Positions 1 to 14,474 of a DNA stretch of 64,000 bases are shown piece by piece. Numbering within the stretch: the stretch's first letter is position 1; each line of letters opens with the position of its first letter. Source of the DNA: the human T2T-CHM13v2.0 reference genome, Homo sapiens; assembly GCF_009914755.1 (NCBI RefSeq), contig NC_060927.1. One strand, given 5' to 3'. The translations under genes and the position numbers were made by a program. A model generated the notes under the pieces. That model searched no databases. It was not told the origin of the DNA and worked only from the letters and a program-made list of their open reading frames with translations.

Positions 1-74
1 TGTATTTATTAAATGGTTAGTGATACTACTAGTTAGCACACTGGAGATTGCTAATGGGTTGAATTGCCACTTGA

Positions 75-386
<312 letters not shown>

Positions 387-729
387 TTTTTTTTTAAATT
401 AATGTTTTAGAAATATTTGAATGCATATGAAAGCCATTATATTCAAATCAAATATGAAGGGAATCAGGACACATCTTTGTGAATCCATGGCTCCAAAGTA
501 CTTTTCCAAGGTTTATAAATCACCACATGACAAATATCATCATAAAATCAAAAGATTACCCCAGTTTCTTTTTTTGTATGGGACATTATGCATTGAAAGT
601 TATTTGAAATGACTTACATTCAAGGAATAGCCTTGAGGAATCATAGAGCTTGAGTAAGCCAGAAGAAATACCTGCTTCAAATTCTCTGACATCATCAACA
701 TCACTTCTACCATCATCTGGCATTTTTAG

Positions 730-967
730 CAGTAAAATAGTACCTCCTGGGGCCAGCCTGCCATGTTTGAGTCCCAGCTCCATAACTTCCTAACTACATA
801 AGCCTGGACACTTTGTTTAATCTTTCCAATCTTTGAATTCTTCATCTGTAAGTAAGAATCAAAATATCAGTAGCTATTTTATAATATTGTTTTAGGAAAC
901 AAATGAGATAATATGAATTGTTTACCTGTAGTAAACAATTAATAAATTTTAGTTTTTATAATTATTA
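730..967 (+). mobile_element. MIR SINE
   Basis: Degenerate MIR head and core (GCCAGCCTGCC..TTTGAGTCCCAGCTCC, TTCATCTGTAA, AAATGAGATAAT). Confidence 0.75.
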
Positions 968-1659
968 CAGCGCCTAAACAAAGGAAAAATAACCATGTTA
1001 TGGGCTGGGGAAAGAAAGATGCTGAAGTGATGATTTATGATATTCGGGAGGTCTCATCTCTTTGAAAAGATTAAAAATAAACATGAAAAATAAATAGCAA
1101 TGAAAGTCAACACAAAGTCAGAGCTCAATGAATGATAAAGATGAGGGTGTCAAAAGTCACAGAAACAAAAGCACCTTGTTTTCAAATTATATTTATTAAG
1201 CAAGTTTCTAGACTTCATGGTCACATAAAAATGTATTACGCAAGTTGTAATTTGTAGGGTATGTGGGATATATCTGGGCCACTGATATGCTGATATTGGT
1301 CTGTAATATTCAGAAAAGTTTTCAACCAATTTTTAGGTATAAGGATATTTCATATAAAAATTTGGAGTTTGATTTTTTCCCCCTTTTTAATCAAGACATC
1401 TTACACTCTGTTTCTCTAACTCTGCATGTCAACAATTACTTGGGACAAGTAGCGACTACCTTTCTTACAAAAGTGAATGATCTCTCTGATTGACTACAGA
1501 TCTCATCACTCCCTATTGCTTCATGAATACTGTGGTTAATTACACATCTCTATTAGCACTGCCCTTGTGCTGTTGCTTTTCTTATGTTACATAAATGTGT
1601 GTGTTTTTTTCAACCTCTTTTTTTGTGGAAGTAAAGAGCATTACTACATGTTTCCCATG

Positions 1660-2062
1660 TGTCTTAATCCATTTTCTGTTGCCATGACAAATTACCTGGG
1701 ACTGGGTAATTTTTAAAGAAAAATGTATTTAGGTCATAGTACTAGATGCTGGGAAGTCCAAGATCAGGTGGCTACATTAGGTGAGGGCTTTGTGCTGCTT
1801 CACAGCATGAGAGAAAAGCAGAAGTACAAGTGAGCACAAGCAAAAGGAAAAGAAACAAAGTGGGGTTATCTGCTCTGTAACACTGCTCTTGTGAGAACTA
1901 TCCCTATCCTGAGGGAAGTGCACTAATCCCTTCCTGAGGCCTAGGCCCCCATAACTCAAAAACCTCCCACCTCCCACCAGGTCCCACCTCCCAACATTGC
2001 TGCATTAAGGAATAAAACTTTCACCATATAAACTTTTGGGGGGACACATTCAACCCACAGCA
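1660..2062 (-). mobile_element. MaLR solo LTR (MST family, MSTC/MSTD-like) with intact 5-bp TSD
   Basis: TG...CA termini and MST-type ends (TGTCTTAATCCATTTTCTGTTGC / GGGGGACACATTCAACCCACAGCA). TSD CCATG at 1655-1659 and 2063-2067. Confidence 0.9.
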
Positions 2063-2409
2063 CCATGCAGACAAATGCCTCTTATTCCTGGTTTGCTTTA
2101 CTCACTTATCTGATTGTGTCCTGTAGGCTTGTGAGTGTCTGTCCTGAATAATTTTCAAAGATTTAGATGTGAAATGACACTTGAAGAATGCTTCATTTTA
2201 AAAAATGTGCAAGGAGGTAAGTGATACAGGAGCGAAAAACAAATGTGACAAAGATCAAAGGAGGGGGTTGATATTATCAGATAATTTTTCATAGGGGAGG
2301 TATGTCTGGAAGGACACATAGGTCCTCAGGCTAGGAGGATGGCATTGGACAAGCAAATATCTAAACTCCACAAAACAGCTGTCTAGAGACCCTCAACATA
2401 TTTTTCTCA

Positions 2410-2850
2410 ATCACCAAATGTAATCACAGTGCTTCTTTACTTAAAAACTGTCAGTGGCTTCCTATTGTCTTCAGGATAAAAATCCAAGCTCTTTAGATTG
2501 ACTTAGGAACCTTTTAGATGTGGTCTTTGGCTACCTTCCTATGCTTGTTTTGAAAGGCAGCCCCGAATCTCCCACGTTAGCCGCTGTGAGCTAGCCACAC
2601 TCAAGGGCTTGCCGTTCCCTCAAAATATCAAACAATTTTACATTTTGAACTTACTGTTTGTTTAAATTTACTCCTGCCCCAACCCACTGTCACCTCTTTT
2701 GAGAAACTTTCTCTAATACCGTCTTACTCCAAAACTGAGTTTGGGACTTCTTCTCTGGGTTCATGAAGCACAATAAACAGGGCTGCATCTTCCATTATGC
2801 CTTCTGAGCTGTAAATCTCTTAATTAATTCATCTCCCTCAATGGACTCTC
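2410..2850 (+). mobile_element. L2 LINE 3' fragment
   Basis: L2 motif CTTAAAAACTGTCAGTGGCTTCCTATTGTCTTCAGGATAAAAATCCAA. Confidence 0.7.
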
Positions 2851-4197
2851 TCCTTGACCAGGGGGATCAGAGTCCAGCCCTGTGAGGATGCCACGGTAGG
2901 GCTTGTTAGCCCTGAGGGAGGAAGTAAGTATAGGAGCTAGGGAGTCACTTTACTAGCTAGGTGAGCATTATAGGAAAGTTCTTTCTGTTGAAAATGAGCT
3001 GTCAGCCAGGGCTTCCCTGCCTCTCAGGGATTTGTCAGTTCACTGTGAACTTCTCTGGAAATTCAGAGCCCCGCTTCATAATTTTCGCAAATTCCTGATA
3101 GTTTGCTTCCTTATGCATCTGTCCATCAACGTTCCAGCTGTCGTGTTAGTCCTTGTTTTCATCCTACATTGTCCTGGAGGCAACATTGAATCCCTCCACC
3201 AGTTCATGAAAGATCCTCTAGAAATTAGCTTTGTGCTGGTTTACTTATTTTACTGAAAATTTGAGGGGTCAAAGAATATGTCACTATACAAAGAACATAC
3301 TCTACAAACCTAATTCAGCATAATACTCATCTTCTTTAAGACATTGTCAGGGTATATCTGTAAGCAAATGTTCTTCCCTTTTTAGGAGTAAATAGGCTGC
3401 CAGCTGTTAATATAATGACATTTCTACATCCTAAACTCATGTTGACCCAAAGTCACTGCCTTAATATCTTTCTATTCATTTGCCTTAGTTCTACACTGGG
3501 GAATAATAAAAAAAGAATTTATCTTTTACAAGACAGATTTCAAATCTATCATATAGTTCTAATCTTTTACAGGTCAAGCATCCTTTGTGTCTTTATCTAG
3601 AATTGGGGGCCCTGAGAGGCAATTATTTTTTTCAATGAGAAAAAAGTTCACAGACTTTCATAGTAATATTTTTGGGAGTTTTTATGTGAAAACCTTTTCT
3701 CAAGTTCACCCTAAATTGATTCTGTGAAATCTCAGCTTTCTGTTGCCTTCAGGTGGATGAACACTTTCATAGGCAAGTAAAATAGATTGTTACACCTGAC
3801 TTATTTACACAAAGTAAAAAATAGGTTACAGCCTTTTAATTTAAGCTGATCAACTTTATTATTTCTCTTTGGATGAAAGCATGTGCAATGTTTTCTGTGG
3901 TTTGGGTGTAATTTCCTGCCAGAGGGGGATGTGGAGGCGGAGGGGAAAGGAGGGGTTGCTGAGTTTTGCCATCAAATTCTTAAGTCCAGCTGCTCTCTTT
4001 TAAGTGTCAATGACCTTACTCTATAGCATCCAGACTGGTCAAGGTCCCTATAATGAGAAAACCAAATTACAGGTATGTAATTTTCACAGTTTTCTGCCGG
4101 GATCTCCAAGTTGGTGACAAATTGATATACTACTGTCTGTACGGAAGACTGCTTTCAGAAAACAGGCCACTCTCAGTTGAAACACTATGCCTGAAGG

Positions 4198-4207
4198 ATT
4201 GCGCAAT
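4198..4207. promoter_or_regulatory. Perfect palindromic C/EBP site ATTGCGCAAT
   Basis: Exact consensus match in non-TE sequence; function not shown. Confidence 0.4.
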
Positions 4208-4549
4208 TTTAAACTTCCGAGATATAAAAAACATCCTTCACCCAAGTCTCTTGTAGAATGTTGAACTATAGAGCATATTGTTTAAGCTTGGAAAGCCCTG
4301 CCAGAACAACAAGATGTGAGAAAAATCTTCAGGCACCAGGAACAAGGAGATCATGGAAAAGCAACTAACAATGGGAAGATAACGTATGTCATGGGACTAG
4401 AATCTCAAATTGTGAATTTTGTTATACATTCCTCTGCCAAACTTTTAGACATTCACAGTTAGTCAATATGTCCCTTATAGTTACATATTTTTCTAGACAG
4501 TAATTTCCTAAGATCATAATAAAAAACAGTAATCATTATAGAAATAGAA

Positions 4550-4792
4550 ATAAGTAACATTTATTGAGATTTCCCTATGTGTCAAGTTCAGTTCTAAACA
4601 CTCCCCATGCATTCACTTATTTGATTCTTACAACCAATGCATGAGGTACAAATTATTATTGTCCTCATTTTGCAGGTGAGAACACTGAGGCACAAAGAAA
4701 TATGTAATTTGTCTAAGGTTGTACTGTCAGCAAAGGGTTGGGACCAGGGGTCAACCCAGGCAACCTGTCTCTGGTGCTCTCATGCTGTTACC
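4550..4792 (-). mobile_element. MIR SINE
   Basis: AACATTTATTGAG...CCTCATTTTGCAGGTGAGAACACTGAGGCAC (reverse MIR core). Confidence 0.85.
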
Positions 4793-4904
4793 AAACTGGA
4801 CCTCTGGAAGGCACAGTGTCATTTTCCATAGGAGCAGAGAAATAATTGGGTGGTGTATTCCTGACCAAGAGCTTAGCTATGCTTAAAAGTAAATGATCAA
4901 GCTA

Positions 4905-5143
4905 CAGTGACCCCTTGGTATGTGTGAGGGATTGGTTCCAGGACCCCCATGTATACCAAAATCTGCACTTACTCAAGTCCCTCATTCAGGCTTGCAGAAC
5001 CTGCAAATGCTGAAAGTTGGCTGTCCATGCAGGCAGGTTTCGCATCATATGAATGCTGTATTTTCCATCTGCATTTGTTTGAAAATTATCCACATGTAAG
5101 TAGACCCCAGAAGTTCAAACCCATGTTGTTCAAGGATCAACTG
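4905..5143 (+). mobile_element. MER8 (TcMar-Tigger MITE), full length with TA TSD
   Basis: TIRs CAGTGACCCCTTG / CAAGGATCAACTG, TA at 4903-4904 and 5144-5145, internal GGATTGGTTCCAGGACCCCC, 239 bp long. Confidence 0.85.
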
Positions 5144-5222
5144 TAATGTCAAAAAACTAAAAATATAACTAAATGGATCTCTTCTCAGTAGAAATGGTGG
5201 ATAGTCAAGCTGAGATTTTCGT

Positions 5223-5353
5223 CAGCAGTTCCCAAAGGTGGCAGAAATGGGCCCTAATCCTGGAGTTATTGAGTCAGAGGTCAAGAATGAGAATTTACAT
5301 TTCTAACATTTCTCCAGGTGATTCTAATGCAGATCTGTATTAGGAGATCACAG
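5223..5353. mobile_element. MER5-family hAT-Charlie MITE (internally deleted)
   Basis: CATTTCTAACATTTCTCCAGGTGATTCTAATGCA motif and degenerate TIRs. Confidence 0.6.
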
Positions 5354-5894
5354 ATCTAAGTTTCATTTTTAAACACCTCTTGAGCCTGGATGAACAAAGG
5401 TTAAAAAAAAAAAGAAAACTATTGCTGTATAAACAGAGGTGAAAAAAACAGCCATGACTTCAAGGTGTTCAAAAACAACTCACGGTTTGCATAGGATGAA
5501 GGGAAATAGGCAAATAAGCTGCTGTGATACAGTTTAACAAAATTTCTTATAGAGCGAAGAGAACAATAGCAATTCCAAGAAAGGAAAAAGGACAAGGAAA
5601 ATCAGAAAATGCTTGGTAGAGGAAGTGACATTTAGGCTGAATTATCTGAAAAGATGAGGATGAAGTAGTTACTCAAGAAAGGGAGATTAGAGGAAGAAGG
5701 GCCAGATACAAGGACACATGTTTTTTCAACAATAACTAATGCATATTTGCAATGTGCTGGGTATTTTATTATGTGATGGACATGGAATATGTGCAAATGA
5801 ACATAGAGGTTAGAGTTTGTGGCTTATTCAAGGAGCTGAGAGTAGTCAATTTTGTTTAGATGTGCCACAAGGTAAAAAGAGGAATGGTCAAAGA

Positions 5895-6092
5895 GGTCAC
5901 AGGTTCTGTTCCCTAGGAAGCAGACTCTAAGGGAGGATTAGCAAGCAGAGTATTTATTAAGGAGTGCCCTCAGGATCAACATCTGTGGATGTGCAGGAGG
6001 GGAAAGTAGACTGGGCAGAGGCAGAAGTTGAGCTGTGATGTAGGCCCTACAAATGTCTCACCCTAACCCACAGAGAGCTCTGTATCTTGGGT
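5895..6092 (-). mobile_element. LTR16A-like ERVL LTR, 3' part
   Basis: GGAAGCAGACTCT...TTTATTAAGGAGTGCCCTCAGGATCAACATCTGTGG...GGGCAGAGGCAGAAGTTGAGCTG matches the reverse complement of the recalled LTR16A end. Confidence 0.75.
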
Positions 6093-6589
6093 AGCCGGCA
6101 ACTTAAAATTCATTGTGTTTAGAACAAAAGAAAGAACCCTAAAAATAGTAACCAGTTCATCTTGAAGTGGGAAAAGGGATGGGTAGGGTTCCTATGTGTT
6201 GCCATAATCGGAAGAATGGAATAATTTCTATTATTCTGTTTCAGATGCTTGCTCTTCTCTGAACAACTTGACCACACCTCTTTAGAATATTCCCTCTGCA
6301 AACTCCATACTCCTCACAGCCCCCAGTTAATAACCCAGGATCCTGGGCTGTGAGACAGAAATGGAACTGCCTTCTCCACAACCCCACCATGTTACTTATG
6401 AGCTGAATGCAGAGTCCCCATGCAGGGTACTCCTCCTGTCCCATGTCAAAAACACAGCGTTTGCCCTACAGTCATGAAGTCAGCAAAGAGAGCCGTTTCC
6501 TAATACAAAAGTGATACTTAGAATTATGTACAATAATAAGTAGAATCACTCCAAGTGAGTTATCTATTTATAACTGGAATATTGATATT

Positions 6590-6760
6590 ACTGCTGATAT
6601 TAACAACAATTACATAGGATACTGCTTGCAAAAATACTCTAAACTTGATGAATTCATTTTGCCCTCAGTATAGTCTTAAGAGCCAAGTGACAAAAAAATT
6701 AGTTCCATTTTGTAGAGGGGCAAATTAAGGCAAAACAACATTAAATGTGTTACCCTGATT
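6590..6760 (-). mobile_element. MIR fragment
   Basis: CCATTTTGTAGAGGGGCAAATTAAGGC reverse core. Confidence 0.55.
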
Positions 6761-6834
6761 TCTTTAGGTTGCCAGTATGATCCTCCCTCTCCTGGACACT
6801 TTTGGCTCCTCCTTGCAGTCTTGGATGGCATTCC

Positions 6835-6836
<2 letters not shown>

Positions 6837-6882
<46 letters not shown>
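6837..6882. repeat. (TG)23 microsatellite
   Basis: Uninterrupted dinucleotide run. Confidence 0.98.
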
Positions 6883-6885
<3 letters not shown>

Positions 6886-7099
6886 CTGTACCATTAGGTG
6901 GTAAATCCTTTAAAAGCAGGAATGAGCATGCCACAGTCACCTTTGCGTTCCTCAAAACATTTCTTGCAGTTCTTATACACTCCCAGTGCTTATTTGGCTG
7001 GCTGACAGGGTGAAGGAAATAAGTGAATTGTGAAAAATACCATTTGAATTCAGCAGGAGAGGTGGGCCTGGAGCCTAGGTTGTCTGCTCATTCCTAGAT

Positions 7100-7242
7100 T
7101 CTCTGGTGACTGAAAGTATGGTCTGTAGACTAGCAGTAATGCAAAGACATAGGCCTAACCAAGACCTACTAAATCAGAAGCTGCATTTCCATAATGCAAT
7201 TCCGAGACAATTCCCATGCACACTAACATTTGACAAGCATGG
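7100..7242 (+). mobile_element. MER5A1 hAT MITE
   Basis: AAAGTATGGTC...AGACCTACTAAATCAGAAGCTGCATTT...ATGCACACTAACATTTGA; degenerate 8-bp TSD TCCTAGAT/TTCTAGAG. Confidence 0.7.
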
Positions 7243-7484
7243 TTCTAGAGGGTACTTTTTCACTTCCACAAGTATTCAGTGGATTACCACAGGTAAATGT
7301 ATGTCCACTGGCCTGATTCTTCATGCAACCAAATCACATGCATGGTTCCACCATGACCCAAGGGTACTAGAAGACCAGGAGTATATATAGCAGCGTCTCA
7401 GGAAACTGAGATGAGATAATTGGTTGTGTAAATTAATACTTCATTAAACATGTAACAGCAGCAATAATAATAATAAACATAAGA

Positions 7485-7812
7485 GATAAATGTATTGAGC
7501 AGTTTCTATGAGACAGATACTGTCCTAAATATTTAACATATATTATTTCAGTCATTGTATGCCTAGTAGTTTTCTAAGTTTATATGCATGTGGATATATA
7601 GAAGAATTTATTATAAGTTTTACCTTGGTTCTCATTTATTTTTAAATGAGACTTTCCACATATACACAGCCATATGAGGTAAGTTCTATTGTCCCCATTT
7701 CACAGGTGAGGCATGAGGATACTGGTGTTCTAGATCCCATGGCTAGAATGTGGAGAAGCTAGGACTTACACCCAGGCAGTATGGCTTCTGGGCCCATGCC
7801 TTTAAACACCAA
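7485..7812 (-). mobile_element. MIR SINE (interrupted)
   Basis: GTATTGAGC tail and CCCCATTTCACAGGTGAGG...CCCAGGCAGTATGGCTTC. Confidence 0.7.
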
Positions 7813-9114
7813 CTGAAATAGATTTAGAATTACCTTGGTCCACAAGTGTATTTTTTTTCTCTGTTCCTAATGTCTACAACAATGAAATAGCTTTGGCAAG
7901 ACAGTCTTCATACATAGAAGAACATAGAAGAATGGGAGGGGAATACAAGTTGAGCGATGCAATAGGTTCACTCTGCATAGTTATTTGACATCAGATCCTT
8001 GATTAAACATGGGCCTGGCTCTCCAGACTCCAGCATCAACCTCCCATGAGTTGAGCAACATCCTGTTTCCTTAAATTCCTATTACTAACTGAAAAACTCC
8101 ATTTGGTCTTATTGTGTTTCTCCCTTCCCCTTGACCCTTCATGCTTATGTATCTATATAAAACTAATAAAAACTTGAACAGGAAATATAAAATCACCATG
8201 AAACCAAACCAAACCTGCAGCAGGACCTCAGAGGGCCCTATGCAATCAGAGCTGTGTGAAACTATTTTCGGGGAGCTGTAAACCTAATAGCTTGCTCTAT
8301 TCAAGGCACAGCTGCAAGGCTCCCGGGACAGATATGCCCCTTGTTGGAAAACAGAAGGGCTTGTAAAATTATTTTCACAAATTTTTTCCCTTAATATTTT
8401 CCCAGCTACCTCAGGCACTCCTTCCCCTCTGCCCTACTTAGCTAAATAACTGGAGTCTGAGAGAAGCAATGACAAAGGAATAATGATTTTCCCCCATTTA
8501 TCTTTTATTATTATTGATGGGTAGCAAATCATTTTAATAACACTTTCTACTCAATTTTTAAATAAATCATTTAAAAGCATTCTTTTTAGATTTAGGGATT
8601 TTCCTTCTTTTTAATTTTTATCTGTGCTATGGGTATGTTTTTGGGGTGGGTCGTCCTGAGTCTGTGGTCTTCGTTATGCCACAGGAATATTCTCCCAGTT
8701 CCAGCAACATCATTTATACCCAGGGCAGTTGAGCTTTGTTTTGTACCAGTGCCCTCTCCTCGCCTCACACAGATATGGCTCCACCTGGACTCTTTTCTTT
8801 GGCCCACACTCACAAAAGCCTATTCTCCTTTGAACCAACATTCCTGCATAATTCCTGTATTTTTGATACGGGATTATCTCTTGGTGTGTGTTCTTAAGCC
8901 TGTTGTCCTGCTAAAAGAGACTGGATGCTCCTTTTCTTTGGCTTGTGTTTTTACTCCCTTAGGCTCTGAAGCTTTGGAATCAGCCATAGACAGGCTCAAC
9001 TCTTGCTTGGTTGATTCCTATGTATATAAAATAGCTTAGAATGAATCATTCAATCTTTCTTACACTCAGTCTCTTCAATTACCATATGTAGTCAGCTGTA
9101 TGCACCATTTTGAT

Positions 9115-9322
9115 AAGTATTTACCATATACTCAGTTCCTGTCCATGTATTAACTCATTTTATCCTGATATAACCCTCCAAGAGAGACGTAATCAACATC
9201 CTGTTTTATGAATGAAGAGAGGAGAGGGCAAAAATTATGCCCAAGGTCACAGACATAGTAAGGGAACACCTGGAATTCACTCATGTATGTGATGACTCAG
9301 GAGTCCTTGCTTTTAACTACCT
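9115..9322 (-). mobile_element. MIR SINE
   Basis: ATTAACTCATTTTATCCT...TGCCCAAGGTCACAGAC. Confidence 0.75.
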
Positions 9323-9732
9323 GCGATGATGTTTTTCAGGCTACAGGGTTATTATGAAAAATAAAGAAATCACTTCTGCTATATCCTTAGTAGTTTAGAA
9401 CTTGGCTCTGAGATAGTGTATACTCAGTGTGTCATTTTTCTTTGATTTGGACACTCAGGTATATAATCGCTGTTTCATCTGCCTCTTGGTTCACTCCAAC
9501 ATTGAGACTTAGGGCATTTTGTTGCTTCTGTAGAAAGCTTAGTTGGTTATTCTGTAAGATTATGTTATCCTAAGCCCATAACCTTCAAAGTTCACATTAA
9601 ATATCATACACAAATATGTGTTTAGGTATGAATATGTGTAAATCTTGTCTAAGATGAGGTTAAAGCTTGTCATAAGTAATGTATCGTCGAGAATGAAGAA
9701 GGAACAGTCACGAAGGGACGGAGTAAGGAGTG

Positions 9733-10201
9733 TATTGTACTGAACACCTATTAACCTCCATAGCAAAGGCACCAGTTTTCAAGAGACAGAAGAGACCTGG
9801 AGCCAGACAAGGAGACACATACAGGGGATAGAGTCCAGTGGCAGCAAACTGGACAGGAGAACTGGCTTACCTACAGAAATGGTACAGTGGCGGCAGGCTT
9901 GGCAGGAAAACTGCAACCACTCGCAAAGAGCATGAAGTTTATGTAGCATTTTCACTTTCCCCTTAAAGACCTCCACCTAGCAACCTTTATTTAACCCAAA
10001 ACTCAGGGTCTCAAACCCCTGTACTGTCTGTTTTCCATGGAACGGGGGCTCAGATGTTTCTTACAGAAGAGGGACAAACCTCCCAGTTAGCCACACTGGA
10101 TTCCCCAGCTCCGAACACACATTCAGATCTGTCTGCCATACAAAACAAGGACATTCTGAGGGTATGCTTAAGTTATTGCAGCCAGGGGCGTTTACCCTAC
10201 A
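9733..10201 (-). mobile_element. LTR47-like ERVL solo LTR with intact 5-bp TSD
   Basis: Reverse complement starts TGTAGGGTAAACGC...CAATAACTTAAGCATACCCTCAGAATG. TSD GAGTG at 9728-9732 and 10202-10206. Confidence 0.85.
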
Positions 10202-10363
10202 GAGTGGAGACAGGAATTCTAAATCTGTGTTCAGAACTCACTCTAGCACTCCTAATCACGTCTCCCCCTCCCTTTGTTCCTGACCCTCACAACTGCCTCC
10301 AAGCATGATCCAAAGTAAGACAGAGGAAACAAGAATAAAAATTAGACTTCAATTGAAACTCTC

Positions 10364-10673
<310 letters not shown>

Positions 10674-10796
10674 TCATCCAGTAAAAATTCTCATCCCAGG
10701 ATGCTTTAGTTCATTAAAAATGTGGCAAAATAAATGTTGGTCTTTAGAGTGGTGTTCTACCTTATAGTCAGCAACTTATGTCCTGTATGCATAGAG

Positions 10797-10981
10797 CAGT
10801 GGTACTCAAAGTGTGGGCCCTGGTTTCAGCAGCATCAGCATCACTTGGGAACTTGTGATGAATGTAAATTCTTGGCCTCATCCCAGACCTACTGAATCAG
10901 AAACTCTGGAGGAGGGCCCAACAATCTGTTTTAACAAGTCCTCCAGTTGATGCTAATTCATGCTCAAGTCCGAGAATCATT
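10797..10981 (+). mobile_element. MER5A hAT MITE
   Basis: CAGTGGTACTCAAAGTGTGG...CAGCAGCATCAGCATCAC...AGACCTACTGAATCAGAAACTCTG. Confidence 0.9.
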
Positions 10982-11001
10982 CTCTGAAGTTGTGGAGGTG
11001 A

Positions 11002-11735
<734 letters not shown>

Positions 11736-12009
11736 TAACAATACTAGATAAAATTTACTGTTAGTTTATATTTGAATCTGAACCAAAGTAGAAAAAATTA
11801 CCTGATTTATCACCTAAACTCATTGGTTTGGTGGAGGCTAAAGAAAATGTTTAGTCCTACAGTCTTTCATTAGGAAACACAGTTTTCAAGGTAGTGAAAT
11901 GTATTTAGGTTTACACTTCAGTTTTGAAACACATTTGTATATTTAATGTCTTTAGTCTTGAGTACAGCCAACCAATAAACAAAAATGTCCATTCATCTGT
12001 CAATACTTT

Positions 12010-12351
<342 letters not shown>

Positions 12352-12619
12352 TAAGCATTCTTAGTTGCTGCTTTTATTTTGACTACAAACATGGAGTCAA
12401 AGTGCAATTTACACTTGACAGTTTTTTTTCCCTACTATGGACATTAGAGATTGGACTTTTGGGAATAAGAAAAAACAAGAAATGACATTCATGCCAAATT
12501 GTTTATACATATTATATTATATGTTGTGGTATATGACACATGAGATACATTCATTTTTTATGAACTGAAAAACGAAGTTAAACCTATATAACTAATATTT
12601 AATTTCTGTCACTTTACCT

Positions 12620-13058
12620 AGAGATTTGAAACAATGATACTCTGTTATTACTCTTCATTCTGTGGGTTGGCTAAGTTGAACTGGCAGTTTTCTATCCCAC
12701 CTGGATTAGCTGACGTCACCCCTTTCATTGCATTCAGCCTGGAGCTTTGCTGGGGGACAGAGATTTCCAAGACATTCTCCCCTCTTCCAGGGCCTCCCTC
12801 CACAACTCTCATCACTCAGTAGTCAAACTGAACTTCTTTTGGTATAGCAATTGGCTTCCAAGATGGAACATTCTAAGAGGATAGAAAGAACACTTATGAA
12901 GCTTCTGTTTGTATCAGGCTTGCTAAGAACAGGCTCCCTTGGCCAAAGCAAGTCACATACCCAAGCCTAGTGTCAAGGGTTAAGGAGCATGCATATACAA
13001 GGACATGAATACCAGGAGGCTTGCTTGTTGGGGGTTACCAGTGCACCAGTCAGCCACG
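12620..13058 (-). mobile_element. MaLR LTR (MLT1G/H-like)
   Basis: TTGGCCAAAGCAAGTCACAT...CCAAGCC...ACAAGGACATGAATACCAGGAGG motifs. Confidence 0.7.
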
Positions 13059-14299
13059 AGCAATATCTTCTGAATAAAAAGAATTTGGTGATTCTGGAAG
13101 GCACATTGATTGACTGCTTCCAGCTCGGTGGGTATTGGAGAAGGGCTATGCACCCTTATTTATTTATTTCAACATGTGCTTGGAATTGATTATAGAAGAC
13201 AAATTTGTTTCTGAATGTTTGTTTAAGGCCCTAGGTTTTGAATAAGTAAAGCGCAGAAGGCAGACCTTCTATTTCCCGTTATCTTATATCCTCTTTTAGG
13301 GATTTTGAGCACAAAGTGCAGGACAGATGTTTTGGATTAGCTTATACAAGGCAGTCAGAGTTTGGAGTGCAGTTGTATAATACACAATTTATGCCAGATT
13401 TTTCTGAGACTTTAGTGCTAATGTCTGAGACAAAAGCCAGACTTTAGTAATGAGAAACCAAGTTGGCATTTGGTTGGTATTATTGTTACAGCTAAAAAAA
13501 AGCCTCCCACCCAAACCACCTGACAATAAACAGGATCATAACTACAATCAAATGCTACAGGGACAGCCAATTTTTAATCCATGGGCAAAAACCCCTCATT
13601 CCTTATCAGTTGCACTACTTTAGGAGTTTTACCCTTTATTTCCCCTCAAATGATACTGGATTCTATTAAGGTTATATGGTGTTCAAGGTAATAAAAATGA
13701 TAAGAAAATAGAAAGATAACTAGGAAAATGGCCTAATGTCTTAAAAAGAGCTAATTAATTTGAATGAGTTAGGTATCGTCATAATGCCTTCTGGGAAACT
13801 ACCGAAGTAGTGGCTTCAATTGGGGTTCTTGAGGGAATCTGCTCAGATATCCATGAGTAAGAAGGGCTCTACTCCTTCGGGAGAGAGCATACTCTTTGAA
13901 TTAATAGAGAATTTCATGAGTGAGTACATGCCAGCCTGAATAGCTGAAGAAAGCCGGGTGATCAGTGAAGTGATTGACATTCCAGATCATTCTCACTTCT
14001 GTGCATCCTTGATCTACTTTCTGTAGAGCATGAATCAGTCCTTAGAATTAATAATGCTATATACTTCGCATATAACTTAACAATAAATGCAAGTGGATAT
14101 TTATAAATTATTTATGGTGACATGATTGCATTTGTGAAGACAGAATATGTACATGATGTGATAGATGCAATTCATTTGCTCACTCAAGGAGCATTTTGGG
14201 GTACCTATTGTGTGCTCATCCTTGGCACTTTGAAAAATTTCCCCTTCTTATAGAATAACAGGGGAGGGGTTTCAGGATTAGGGAGGGGGGTTAGAATCA

Positions 14300-14425
14300 G
14301 GGCAGAAGAAAATGTCTGTGAATGCCTAAATTTTGTCTCAAATTTGGAAACATTATCATTTGTTCCTTAGCTTTCATTAGATTCTCAAAGGAACTCAATG
14401 ATCCCCCAAATGTTAAAAACAGTAG
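14300..14425 (+). mobile_element. Charlie4z-like hAT fragment
   Basis: AGCTTTCATTAGATTCTCAAAGGAACTCAATGATCCCCCAAATGTTAAAAAC resembles the recalled Charlie4z end. Confidence 0.5.
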
Positions 14426-14474
14426 AGCATTAGAGATGGAAGTAATCATGACTTTTTGCCCTATGGCTCATTTC

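Noticed and set aside
6676-7013. HTHT/CVCV-repeat ORFs (also 31391-31957 and 28451-28687)
   Set aside because: Translations of (CA)/(TG) microsatellites.
8629-9039. 136-aa hydrophobic plus-strand ORF
   Set aside because: No recognisable homology or splice context; the composition is expected from T-rich DNA and the length is within chance.
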